From a virus: a stretch of DNA of 64,000 nucleotides. The position numbers and the translations under genes are program-made. This document shows, one piece after another, positions 21,450 to 31,207 of the stretch (the stretch's first letter is position 1; each line of letters starts with the position of its first letter). The notes under the pieces are model-generated. The model searched no databases, was not told the origin of the DNA, and worked only from the letters and a program-made list of their open reading frames with translations. The stretch spans positions 8,416-72,415 of IMG/VR virus record IMGVR_UViG_3300031973_001557, one strand, 5' to 3'.

Positions 21450-21694
21450 GTAATACTAGAAAATATATTATATTTGATATTACTGAATTAAATACTATAG
21501 ATTTTAATCAGGTATTAGAAACATCAAGTGACACTGTTATATATAATGTAGCTGAAACACAAACTATAGTAAAATATTTAGGTGATATGCCATCCTCAGT
21601 ACAATCTTTAACTACTAAAGAAGGACCATATACACATACACAAATTATGAATATTATAACAGGTTCTGCTTGGACCGATCCTAATGCAGAATAA
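21446..21694 (+). CDS. small acidic protein (fibre cassette 3, third gene)
   Basis: 82 aa; IDFNQVLETS...TIVKY...PYTHTQI...W. Confidence 0.6.
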   Translation: MSNTRKYIIFDITELNTIDFNQVLETSSDTVIYNVAETQTIVKYLGDMPSSVQSLTTKEGPYTHTQIMNIITGSAWTDPNAE

Positions 21695-21749
21695 TTAAAT
21701 TTTGTAGTTTAATAAAAATATATTATATTTATTATAGTAAAAATAAGTC

Positions 21750-22007
21750 ATGATAAAACAAAAAAAAGTTACTAAACAAGAATTAGAATCTATTAATACT
21801 ATTAAAGAACAACAAAATACTTTAATTAGTAATCTAGGATTAGCTGAATATCAGCTGAAGTTTTTAGAGCAACAAAAAAATGATTTAATGGTAGAATTAT
21901 CTAAAACTGAAATAGAATTAGATAAACTATCAAATAATTTAAAAGAAAAATATGGAGATGTTTCTATTAATATGGAAACAGGTGAATTTATTAACGAAAA
22001 TAAATAG
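21750..22007 (+). CDS. small coiled-coil protein (possible assembly chaperone)
   Basis: Heptad pattern and C-terminal LKEKYGDVSINMETGEF; has its own TATTTAT motif. Confidence 0.55.
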   Translation: MIKQKKVTKQELESINTIKEQQNTLISNLGLAEYQLKFLEQQKNDLMVELSKTEIELDKLSNNLKEKYGDVSINMETGEFINENK

Positions 22008-22121
22008 ATATTTATATTTGATATAGATAAAAATAATATACACTAAGTATAGTGTAAAGTTTCTTGAATAATTAGTTTTGTAAATAAATAAGATATTTAT
22101 TATTATAGCAAAACAACAAAA

Positions 22122-23837
22122 ATGGCAGAGACATTATTATCACCAGGTGTATTAGCAAGAGAGAATGATCTTTCTTTTATTCAACAACAACCTGTTCAAG
22201 CTGGAACAGCAATCCTTGGACCTACAGCTAGAGGCCCAGTTTTAAGACCAACCCTTGTTACATCATATTCTGATTTTAAAAATAGATTTGGTACTACTGT
22301 AGAAAGTGGTAGTAACGAGTATACATATCTTACTTCTATTGCAGCTTATAATTTTTTCCAGCAAGGAGGTACTACATTATTAGTAACTAGAGTTGCAACA
22401 GGATCACATACTCCTGCAACTAGTTCATTTGTTTCTTCAAGCTTACCTGCAACACCTAATGCTTTTATCTTAGAAACTTTAGCAGATGGTACTGATCAAA
22501 ATAGTGTAGGACCAACTGGTACTAATCAAACACTACTAAGCGGATCTGATGAAAATTTAAGATGGGAAATTGTTAATCCTAATACTGCATCAGGTACTTT
22601 TACTCTCTTAATTAGAAGAGGAGATGATAGCATTAATGAAAAAGTTATTTTAGAAACTTTTACTGATCTTACTTTAGATCCGTTTTCAAATGACTTTATA
22701 ACTAAACGTATAGGTGATTTAACATCTACTTTAAATACATCTGAAACACAATTCTTCCTACAGCAAACAGGTACGGAACCAAATAGATCTAGATATGTAA
22801 GAGTTAAAGAAGTAAATGCTCTTACCCCTAATTTCTTTGATAATGATGGAGTTGCTAAGCCTGCTTTAACAGGGTCTATTCCTATTGCAGCTAGTGGTAC
22901 TTTTGGTGCAGCTACTGGAGATTTATTCGGACCTAGAGCAGCTAATTTTTATACTGCTATTAATGCTACCGATACACAAGGACTAGTAGCTGAAAACTAT
23001 GATCAAGCTATTAATCTTTTAAATAATAAAGATGAATATAGATATAATCTATTAGTAGCTCCAGGTCTTACACTACAAGATCACTCTTCGCAATTAACTA
23101 CTATAGCTAACAATGCAAGATCAAGAGGTGATTTTATGTTAATTGCTGATCCTGTAAGATATAGTAGTACTATATTGAATGTAATAACTCAAAGTACTGT
23201 ACTTAATAATTCCTATTCTGCAGTGTACTGGCCATGGCTACAAGTAATAGATCCAGATAGAGGATCAACAGTATTTGTTCCACCATCAACTATTCTTCCA
23301 GGTACTTTTGCATTTAATGATTCAGTTGCTGAACCATGGTTTGCACCAGCTGGTATTAACAGAGGTACTCTTAATGGTGTTATAAGAGCTGAAAGAAGAT
23401 TAACTCAGAATAATAGAGATGAACTTTATGATAATAATGTTAATCCTATTGCTACTTTCCCTAACGCTGGTGTAGTTGTATTCGGACAAAAGACTACTCA
23501 GAAAAAAGCCTCAGCATTAGATAGAGTAAATGTAAGAAGATTATTGATTGCACTTAAATCATTTATTTCTCAAGTAGCTGACAATTTAGTATTCGAACAA
23601 AATACTATAGCAACAAGAAATAATTTCTTATCTCAAGTTAATCCATATTTAGCATCAGTACAAGAAAGACAGGGTCTTTTTGCTTTCAAAGTTGTAATGG
23701 ATGAAACAAATAACACACCAGATGTTATAGATAGAAATCAATTAGTAGGACAAATATTCTTACAACCAACAAGAACAGCAGAATTTATTATTCTTGATTT
23801 CAATGTATTACCAACAGGAGCAGAGTTTCCAGAATAA
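22122..23837 (+). CDS. tail sheath protein (T4 gp18-like)
   Basis: SPGVLARENDLS, YWPW, PWFAPAGINRG, NVNPI, VFGQKT, DRVNVRRLL, FEQN, QPTRTAEFIILDF. Confidence 0.95.
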   Translation: MAETLLSPGVLARENDLSFIQQQPVQAGTAILGPTARGPVLRPTLVTSYSDFKNRFGTTVESGSNEYTYLTSIAAYNFFQQGGTTLLVTRVATGSHTPATSSFVSSSLPATPNAFILETLADGTDQNSVGPTGTNQTLLSGSDENLRWEIVNPNTASGTFTLLIRRGDDSINEKVILETFTDLTLDPFSNDFITKRIGDLTSTLNTSETQFFLQQTGTEPNRSRYVRVKEVNALTPNFFDNDGVAKPALTGSIPIAASGTFGAATGDLFGPRAANFYTAINATDTQGLVAENYDQAINLLNNKDEYRYNLLVAPGLTLQDHSSQLTTIANNARSRGDFMLIADPVRYSSTILNVITQSTVLNNSYSAVYWPWLQVIDPDRGSTVFVPPSTILPGTFAFNDSVAEPWFAPAGINRGTLNGVIRAERRLTQNNRDELYDNNVNPIATFPNAGVVVFGQKTTQKKASALDRVNVRRLLIALKSFISQVADNLVFEQNTIATRNNFLSQVNPYLASVQERQGLFAFKVVMDETNNTPDVIDRNQLVGQIFLQPTRTAEFIILDFNVLPTGAEFPE

Positions 23838-23853
23838 AAAATAAGTTCTTAGA

Positions 23854-23864
23854 TATTTATAATA
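23854..23864 (+). promoter_or_regulatory. putative late promoter TATTTATAATA before the tail tube gene
   Basis: Exact copy of the 4030 motif in the sheath-tube intergenic gap. Confidence 0.7.
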
Positions 23865-23882
23865 AAGATTAAAATATAAAAC

Positions 23883-24371
23883 ATGCCAGTACTAGATAGT
23901 AACGAAATATTTTTTACCGCGTTTGAACCTAAACAGAAGAATAGATTTATTATGTTTATGGATGGTTTTCCAACATTTATGGTTAAAGGTGTTGGAGCTA
24001 TCACAGTTGAGAACGGAGAGGTAAAACTTAATCATATTAATGTATATAGAAAAGTTAAAGGAACAACTACATGGGGAGATGTTCAAATAACTCTATATGA
24101 TCCGATTACACCATCAGGTGCTCAAGCTATTATGGAATGGGTTCGTTTACATCACGAATCAGTAACTGGTAGAGATGGATATTCTGATTTCTATAAAAAA
24201 GATTTAACATTTAACGTTCTTGGTCCTGTAGGAGATATTGTATCTGAATGGATTATGAAAGGTGCATTTATTAAAACAGCTAACTTTGGAGATTATAACT
24301 GGGGAGATGAAAATGCAGCTCAAGAACTTACAATGACAGTAGGAATGGATTACTGTGTATTAAACTTCTAA
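23883..24371 (+). CDS. tail tube protein (T4 gp19-like)
   Basis: FEPKQKNRF, WGDVQITLYDPI, IMEW, YKKDL, EWIMKGAFI; follows the sheath gene. Confidence 0.88.
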   Translation: MPVLDSNEIFFTAFEPKQKNRFIMFMDGFPTFMVKGVGAITVENGEVKLNHINVYRKVKGTTTWGDVQITLYDPITPSGAQAIMEWVRLHHESVTGRDGYSDFYKKDLTFNVLGPVGDIVSEWIMKGAFIKTANFGDYNWGDENAAQELTMTVGMDYCVLNF

Positions 24372-24416
24372 GATTAATTTAAAGGTTTTAAAAAATAGTT
24401 TTAAAAAATAAAATTT

Positions 24417-25145
24417 ATGGCAACAACTAAATTCCCGTCTGAGATCGTATCTCTTCCTTCTAAAGGTGTATTATATTCTAAAGATTCTCTACTTGCTAAA
24501 GGAGAAATAGAGATGAAGTATATGACAGCTAAAGAAGAAGATATTCTTACCAATCAAACTTATATTGAAAAAGGTATTGTAATTGATAAATTAATTAAAT
24601 CCTTAATAGTATCAGATATTAACTATGATGATCTTTTAACAGGAGATAAGAATGGTATAATGATTGCTGCTCGAATTCTTTCATATGGTAAAGAATATAC
24701 TTTTACTATGAATGGAGAAGAATATACTGTTGATTTAACAGATTATAAAGAAAAAGACTTACATCCGGAAGTTAAAAAAGGTATTAATAATTTTTCATTT
24801 ACTTTACCATATTCAAAAATACCTGTTACATTTAAGCTTTTAACTCACAAAGATGAACGAAATATTGAGCAGGAAATTAAATCTCTTAAAAGAATAAAAT
24901 CTTCGGAAAGTTTTTTATTATCAACTAGATTAAAGCATATGATTACTTCAGTTGGAGATCAGGATGATAGTAAAACTATTAGAGAATTTGTTGATAAAGA
25001 ATTGCTTGCAATGGATGCTAGAGCATTAAGAAAATATGTAAAAGAGATAGCACCAGATATGGACTTATTTTTTTTTACAGAAGGAAGCGATAAACCTATC
25101 AGCCTCCCAATTACTATCCAGTTCTTTTATCCTGACGTCGAGTGA
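24417..25145 (+). CDS. tail/baseplate hub assembly chaperone (T4 gp26-like)
   Basis: VSLPSKG..Y, MTAKEEDIL, LLTGDK..IMIAARILSYG; lies between tube and tape measure. Confidence 0.75.
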   Translation: MATTKFPSEIVSLPSKGVLYSKDSLLAKGEIEMKYMTAKEEDILTNQTYIEKGIVIDKLIKSLIVSDINYDDLLTGDKNGIMIAARILSYGKEYTFTMNGEEYTVDLTDYKEKDLHPEVKKGINNFSFTLPYSKIPVTFKLLTHKDERNIEQEIKSLKRIKSSESFLLSTRLKHMITSVGDQDDSKTIREFVDKELLAMDARALRKYVKEIAPDMDLFFFTEGSDKPISLPITIQFFYPDVE

Positions 25146-25416
25146 GGCATTAGAGTATAGAAAAAATCTTTTTACAGTTATACATCAGATTGTATTTCAT
25201 GGTAATGGTGGATACGATTTTGATACTGTATATAACTTACCTATGTGGTTAAGAAAATTTACTTATCATGAAATTAAAAATTATTATGATAAGGAGAAAG
25301 AGCAATATCAAAAAGCTAGTAGGGGAAATAATACTACCACATTAGTTAATCCAGATGGGACTATAAATAAACAAGAGTTTAAAAACGCTCAACCTCGTGC
25401 TCCAATTTATAAATAA
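25051..25416 (+). CDS. unannotated +1-frame ORF (gp51-like) lacking a suitable ATG; probable frameshift extension of the chaperone
   Basis: Open from 25051 to TAA 25414-16: ...FILTSSEALEYRKNLFTVIHQIVFHGNGGYDFDTVYNLPMWLRKFTYHEIKNYYDKEKE...; the first ATG (25243) falls in the middle of the conserved-looking core. Confidence 0.7.
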   Translation, partial: HQIWTYFFLQKEAINLSASQLLSSSFILTSSEALEYRKNLFTVIHQIVFHGNGGYDFDTVYNLPMWLRKFTYHEIKNYYDKEKEQYQKASRGNNTTTLVNPDGTINKQEFKNAQPRAPIYK

Positions 25417-25440
25417 TTTATTTGCTAGATATTTATTATT

Positions 25441-27909
25441 ATGGCATTAACACCAGAACAACAAAAAGTATTAAATAAATTATTAGCTGAAGGTTTAATT
25501 ACTCAAAAGCAAATTAATGATGTTGCTAAAGATACAGCAGCTACTAATCAACTTATTAATGATACTCTAGAAACACAGAGTAGAATAAATCAATCAAATC
25601 TTGATACTCAATTTAAAGCTTATACTCAATCTGCAAGACTTACAGATGAAATTGAAGAGCAGTTAAATATACAAAGAAAAAGAAATAAAGAAGAAAGAGA
25701 GTTAGCTAAACTTACTAATGATATTAGCTCAACATTAAATAAACAAATAAAAGATTTTAAGAGCGTAGATAAAATTAATGCTCAAATATCAAAAAATACA
25801 GATCTACAAAAAAGAATTAAAACTGAAATAGCTAATGCTGATAGTAAATCAAAAGCTATTTTAGCTGAATATTCTAGTTTAGAGTCACAAATTACTGCTG
25901 AAGTTGAAAAACAAGATACCTTAACAGGTCAAGAGTTGATTGATAGTCAACAAAAATTAAGTAATTTATTAAATCAAGCAGATGTATTAAAAGATAATTT
26001 AACTTCACAGCAATCAATATTAGTAGCATTAGATGAGCAAAGTACTGCTATAGATACTGCAAACCAAGCTTTAGAAGCTCAAAAAGATAATGTAAAAGAT
26101 ATAAATAAAAGGTTAGGATTATCAGGCGGAATAGTTAAAGGAGCAACTAAATTATTTAGAGGATTAGGTATAGATTCAGCAGCTGATCAAATGGGTGGGT
26201 TAAATGAGGAGCTACAAACGATGGCCGAAGAAGGAGCTAGCTCAGGAGATATAATGAAAAAATCTTTTACTGGATCAACAGATGCCCTTAAAGAAGGCTT
26301 GAAAGATCCTTTAACACAAATAACTTTATTAGGAGCTGCTGGTATAGGTATTTTTAAAATGCTTTTAAATTTTGCGTTAGAAGCTGATAAAGGATTTGGT
26401 CAGATAGTTAAACAAACGGGATTACAGAATGATGCAGCATTAAAAGTAAGAGATAATATATCTCAACAAGCAGCAGCTACGGATAATCTTTTTATAAATT
26501 CTAAAAATTTAACAGAATCATTTAATACTCTAACACAACAAACTGGAATGTTAGCTGATTTTGGAGGTCAAACATTAGAAACATTTACCTCTTTAAATAA
26601 ACAGTTAGGATTATCAGAAAAAGGAGCTACTCAACTTACAATGCAAGCTAGAATGCAAGGTAAGAATACTGAACGAGTATTAGAAAATACCGTTGGAGTA
26701 GTAAATCAAATAAATAAACAAAATAAAAGTGCTTTAAGTGCTAAAGAAATATTAAACGATGTTGCTGAGGTTTCTGCAGATATAGCTGTATCTCTAGGTC
26801 AAAATCCAGAAGCAATTGCTGCTGCGGTAGCAGAAGCTAAACTATTAGGTTTAAATCTAGATGAAGTTGCGGGTATAGCAGATGGATTACTTAATATACA
26901 AGGTTCCCTTCAAGCTGAAATGGAAGCAGAATTAATATTGGGTAAAAATTTAAACTTAGAAAAAGCAAGAAGTTTAGCTTTAGATAATGATATGGCTGGA
27001 TTAGCTGAAGAACTTCGTAATCAAGAAGAGATAATGCTAGCTTTTAGAACTGGAAATAGAATAGAGCAAGAAGCTGCCGCTAAAGCTTTAGGATTATCTA
27101 GAGAGCAAATGGGTCAAATAATTCAACAACAGGATTATTTAAATTTAAGTCAGGAAGAATATACAGCTGCATATGGTGAACAATCATATGAACAAATGCA
27201 ACAATTAGATGCTCAAGAAAAAATGAATGCATCAATGGAGCAATTTAAAATGGCTATGGCTGATGTTGCTGTACAAATGATTCCGATTATAGAAGGTATT
27301 GCAAATTTTATATCAGGTTTAGCAAAAGCAAAAGGTGGAGCAGGAGCATTAGTAACAGTGTTAGGAGTAATCGCAAGTCTTTCAGTAGCAGCCTCTATTG
27401 CAAAAATTATTTCATCTTTTGCTCAAATACCAATGGGGGTTGGTATACCACTAGGTATAGCTGCTTCTATCAGTATGTTAGCATTAATTAGTTCTGCAAA
27501 AGCTAAAGTAGCTAAAGCAACTCAAGCAAAAGATTTAAGACAAAGATCAGGTCAAAAGGCAGTAATGTCTCAAACTTTAGGTGGATTAGAACCAGTATTA
27601 CCTGCACCTGAAGATGATATAGTAATGGGTCCAGGAATTTTAAATAAAGTTGAAAGAGCAGAAGCAATGGATAGAAATCCAAGACCTGGAATAACAAACT
27701 CAGTATTAGAATCAAAAGCTCAAGCAAAAGAAAAAGTAATAGTTAATAATGATAACTCTGAATTAGTTAAACAAAATAGTGAAATGATGGCAATGTTTAA
27801 ATCTATGAATCAATCTTTAAACTCTATCAATAAAAAAGAATCGAATGTTTACCTTGGATCTGAACAAGTACAAAATAATCTTAATAGATCTACTGCAGGA
27901 TTAAGGTAA
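25441..27909 (+). CDS. tape measure protein
   Basis: 822 aa, A/Q/L-rich helical, glycine-rich hydrophobic segments; follows tube and chaperone. Confidence 0.8.
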   Translation: MALTPEQQKVLNKLLAEGLITQKQINDVAKDTAATNQLINDTLETQSRINQSNLDTQFKAYTQSARLTDEIEEQLNIQRKRNKEERELAKLTNDISSTLNKQIKDFKSVDKINAQISKNTDLQKRIKTEIANADSKSKAILAEYSSLESQITAEVEKQDTLTGQELIDSQQKLSNLLNQADVLKDNLTSQQSILVALDEQSTAIDTANQALEAQKDNVKDINKRLGLSGGIVKGATKLFRGLGIDSAADQMGGLNEELQTMAEEGASSGDIMKKSFTGSTDALKEGLKDPLTQITLLGAAGIGIFKMLLNFALEADKGFGQIVKQTGLQNDAALKVRDNISQQAAATDNLFINSKNLTESFNTLTQQTGMLADFGGQTLETFTSLNKQLGLSEKGATQLTMQARMQGKNTERVLENTVGVVNQINKQNKSALSAKEILNDVAEVSADIAVSLGQNPEAIAAAVAEAKLLGLNLDEVAGIADGLLNIQGSLQAEMEAELILGKNLNLEKARSLALDNDMAGLAEELRNQEEIMLAFRTGNRIEQEAAAKALGLSREQMGQIIQQQDYLNLSQEEYTAAYGEQSYEQMQQLDAQEKMNASMEQFKMAMADVAVQMIPIIEGIANFISGLAKAKGGAGALVTVLGVIASLSVAASIAKIISSFAQIPMGVGIPLGIAASISMLALISSAKAKVAKATQAKDLRQRSGQKAVMSQTLGGLEPVLPAPEDDIVMGPGILNKVERAEAMDRNPRPGITNSVLESKAQAKEKVIVNNDNSELVKQNSEMMAMFKSMNQSLNSINKKESNVYLGSEQVQNNLNRSTAGLR

Positions 27910-27941
27910 TTTATAAATTATTATATTTATAATAAAATACA

Positions 27942-28286
27942 ATGGGATTAAAAGATAAACTTACAAACGAAGGCTCAAGCTTCTCATATAATAATGGAGG
28001 AAATGCTGCAACATTAGATGGATCTTTAGATCAATCAAAATTACATGGTGATCCAAATGGAGGACCAGGTTACTCTTTAGATGGTAGTAGTTTTAATCAA
28101 GTAAATAACTCTTATCAACAATATCAAGATGGAGCTACTAATTTCTTACCACAACCATCTCAATTAGATACTAATGGTGTTACACCAAGTGGACCTTTAA
28201 AAGCACCTAATACTATCTCAGTAAATAATACTTTTGCAAACGGTACATATAGAAATAATCTACCTGAAGGTGCTCAGACTTTTTAA
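27942..28286 (+). CDS. hypothetical tail protein
   Basis: 114-aa ORF preceded by TATTTATAATA within the tail module. Confidence 0.55.
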   Translation: MGLKDKLTNEGSSFSYNNGGNAATLDGSLDQSKLHGDPNGGPGYSLDGSSFNQVNNSYQQYQDGATNFLPQPSQLDTNGVTPSGPLKAPNTISVNNTFANGTYRNNLPEGAQTF

Positions 28287-28297
28287 AATAGGTAAAA

Positions 28298-31195
28298 ATG
28301 AGCTTGTTAGGATCTTTCAAAGACGGTACTCAAACCGATCTTACATCTTTAAAGTATGGTAATGACCGAAAAGGTGGTGGATCTTCTAATGAACCATATA
28401 TTTTTAATCCTATACTATCAAATGTAATACCAGGTACATTTAATAATTTATTACAACCTCTCCCTGTAGGTACTAATATAGATGGAATCGTTAGAGGTGG
28501 ACTTGCTGGACCCTTACATGCAGCCGATGATGTAAAACGAATAAGCAGAAAACTATTTGATAATAAAAATATATCTGGTACTTTATTTACAATAAAACAG
28601 CAAGTTTTATCTAAAATAGCTCCTCGCACCCAACATTCTAAAGGTCTATTAAATGAAGGTATTTATAGTCCATTAAATACTCTAGCCCAAGTAGGTGGAG
28701 GATTTTTAGGATTTCATACTGAAAAACAAGGACCTATTGTAGGAGTTACTAATCGATATTTAGACTCTGTAAAACCTACCTTAAATATACCAACAACCCA
28801 ATTAACTTCCATACCTGAAGGACCAGCATTACCAAACCAACCTACACCAGATATAGATAACGATGGTATTCCTGATACTATAGATGTTAATTCCATTAAT
28901 CCACCAACGATTGGAAGTAATAGTAGATTAGCGGGATTATTTTTTGTACATCAAGAAGGATTTCCTGTAAAAAATAAAGCATTATTTCCATTTAAACTAC
29001 ACAATCCCCTAATTAATGTATATTCATATAGAGGTGGTCCAAGCTCAGTTTTAGGTTTAGGTAGGACTAATCTTAAATTTGCAACTACTATAACGGGTGC
29101 TCCTATTAAAATTGAAAAATTTAATACTAATAGTTTTACTGATGGAGTTAACAAAAACTATATCGGATCAGGAGCTGAATATCGATTAGCATTTTTATAT
29201 AGACACCAATATAATACTTTTAATTATCGCGAAGATACTGGATTTTTTACAGGTAAATATTTTTTTAATTTAGCTAAAAAACAAGATAATCAAACTTTAT
29301 TAAAAACTGTACCACTTTCAAAACAAAAAAAATCATCCTTTAGCTTTAGATTACCATTTATTGAAAGTCCAAGATTCATAAATAGATTAGTAAATTATTA
29401 TGGAATATACTACAACAAGTATGTCCCAGGAGATCCTAATTCTATTCCAATTACAAGGATTGACACTGGAATTACAACCACTACTTTAGGTACTGATAAA
29501 AATAATCAAGTACCTTTAAGAACTGCAAATAGTAATCCAACTAAAGACTTTCAGTGGAATATTACTCAAATTAAAGGTGTTGAAAATAACCAATCTATAA
29601 ACGATAGTAGTATTTTAGAAAGTGCTCCTACAATACGAGAGAACTTTACTAGAAGAATTAATGCATATGCAAATTACGCTCCTTCATATTCTCCTAACAA
29701 TATAATTGATAATAGACTAGGTTTAGGAAATCCTGGAGGTCGTAATTCAAAAACTGCATATCAACAACCAGGAAGTGCAGTTCGGTATGATGATATAGAT
29801 TTAACAATAAATACTCCTAATGATAATAATAGTACACGCACTAGAGAACAATTAAATGCTGCATTAGATAAATTAAATGCTCTTGGAGTGTATGGTCCTA
29901 CTAGAGATATGGTAACTGGTCAAGTAGGAGGTAATTCTATTATACCTGTTGACGACTTAGTTAAATTTAATATAGGGGTAATATCAAATGGTAATGCAAG
30001 TAGATCTAGATTTTTACACTTTAGAGCCTTTTTAGGGGATATAACTGATGATTATTCTTCTAACTGGGATACTCATAATTATGTTGGTAGAGCAGAAAAT
30101 TTTTATAATTATACCGGTCAGTTTGAAAGAAATATTTCTTTATCGTTTATAGTAGCAGCACAATCTAAAGCTGAACTTATTCCGATGTATAAAAAATTAA
30201 ACTTTTTAGCATCAGCTATGGCTGGAGATTATACAGGAGCAGGATATTTAGCTGGGAATTTAATGGAATTAACTATAGGTGGTTATGTATATAGAACACC
30301 TGGATTTTTAAAAGGTATAACTTATACTCTAAAGCAAGGATATCCGTGGGAGATAGGTTTAACTAGAGGAGCAGGAGAAGGATTTGGTATTGATACTACT
30401 GTTAAAGAACTTTGTCATTATGTAGAAGTTTCAGGATTTAACTTTACTGTAATACACGACTTCCTACCAACATTAGCTAAAACTCCTGATATTACTACTA
30501 AAAGATTTATATCTTTACAAGATATTTATGGTAATAGCTATAATACTTTTGGTAATAGACCTGAGAATGAAATAGTTCAAGAAAAATTAGCTGAGTTAGA
30601 AAGAAATAGTGAAACTAATACACCTGAAACTTTACCAGAAGATCCAGGAGATATTTTATTTGATCTTTCAGGACTAGGAGAAGAGTTACAACAAGCTGCA
30701 TTTGTTGATGATGATGTAGTTATTACTACACCAACTAATAATGAAAATAATACATCACCTAATCCAGATATTCCTAAACCTAATGCATCAGCACAATCTA
30801 CACGAGAACCTAGCGTTCAAGGAGGAGGATCAATAATTGATGCAAGAGAAAACGATATTGTTACTGTTGATGTTGGACAAGGCCCTCAGGAAGTTACAAT
30901 AACGCAATTTTTTCCAGGTCTTGGTGTCTTTGGTACTGCAGCTGATGGTAGTGTAGTAGATTTAACTCCTTTCTTTGAACAAGATCCTGATTTTGCAGAT
31001 ACTTTAGATGAAATAGTAGTAAAACCAAGAGAAGAGGCAGCTACTATAGAAATAGAGCCATTAAGCTTAACTGAAATAGCTGCTCCTATAAATACACCTG
31101 AAACTATAGAAAAAGTAGATGAAATACCTCTTGACTTTGGAGATGATTCAAAAGAGGCTAAAAATTATTCTGATTTCAGAGATAAATTAAATTAA
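28298..31195 (+). CDS. baseplate/tail-tube initiator-like protein with an acidic disordered C-terminus
   Basis: FRAFLGDITDDYSSNWDTHNYVGRAENFYNY..FERNISLSF, MYKKLNFLAS, LTIGGY..PGFL: tube-fold baseplate motif pattern. Confidence 0.6.
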   Translation: MSLLGSFKDGTQTDLTSLKYGNDRKGGGSSNEPYIFNPILSNVIPGTFNNLLQPLPVGTNIDGIVRGGLAGPLHAADDVKRISRKLFDNKNISGTLFTIKQQVLSKIAPRTQHSKGLLNEGIYSPLNTLAQVGGGFLGFHTEKQGPIVGVTNRYLDSVKPTLNIPTTQLTSIPEGPALPNQPTPDIDNDGIPDTIDVNSINPPTIGSNSRLAGLFFVHQEGFPVKNKALFPFKLHNPLINVYSYRGGPSSVLGLGRTNLKFATTITGAPIKIEKFNTNSFTDGVNKNYIGSGAEYRLAFLYRHQYNTFNYREDTGFFTGKYFFNLAKKQDNQTLLKTVPLSKQKKSSFSFRLPFIESPRFINRLVNYYGIYYNKYVPGDPNSIPITRIDTGITTTTLGTDKNNQVPLRTANSNPTKDFQWNITQIKGVENNQSINDSSILESAPTIRENFTRRINAYANYAPSYSPNNIIDNRLGLGNPGGRNSKTAYQQPGSAVRYDDIDLTINTPNDNNSTRTREQLNAALDKLNALGVYGPTRDMVTGQVGGNSIIPVDDLVKFNIGVISNGNASRSRFLHFRAFLGDITDDYSSNWDTHNYVGRAENFYNYTGQFERNISLSFIVAAQSKAELIPMYKKLNFLASAMAGDYTGAGYLAGNLMELTIGGYVYRTPGFLKGITYTLKQGYPWEIGLTRGAGEGFGIDTTVKELCHYVEVSGFNFTVIHDFLPTLAKTPDITTKRFISLQDIYGNSYNTFGNRPENEIVQEKLAELERNSETNTPETLPEDPGDILFDLSGLGEELQQAAFVDDDVVITTPTNNENNTSPNPDIPKPNASAQSTREPSVQGGGSIIDARENDIVTVDVGQGPQEVTITQFFPGLGVFGTAADGSVVDLTPFFEQDPDFADTLDEIVVKPREEAATIEIEPLSLTEIAAPINTPETIEKVDEIPLDFGDDSKEAKNYSDFRDKLN

Positions 31196-31207
31196 TAAAT
31201 TTTTAAT

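Noticed and set aside
22008-22121. Possible ncRNA or origin in the gap before the sheath gene (TACACTA-AGTA-TAGTGTA hairpin)
   Set aside because: A single weak AT-rich hairpin; insufficient evidence.
24385-24411. GTTTTAAAAAATA direct repeat before the chaperone gene
   Set aside because: Only two short AT-rich copies; could be chance or slippage, and no function can be supported.
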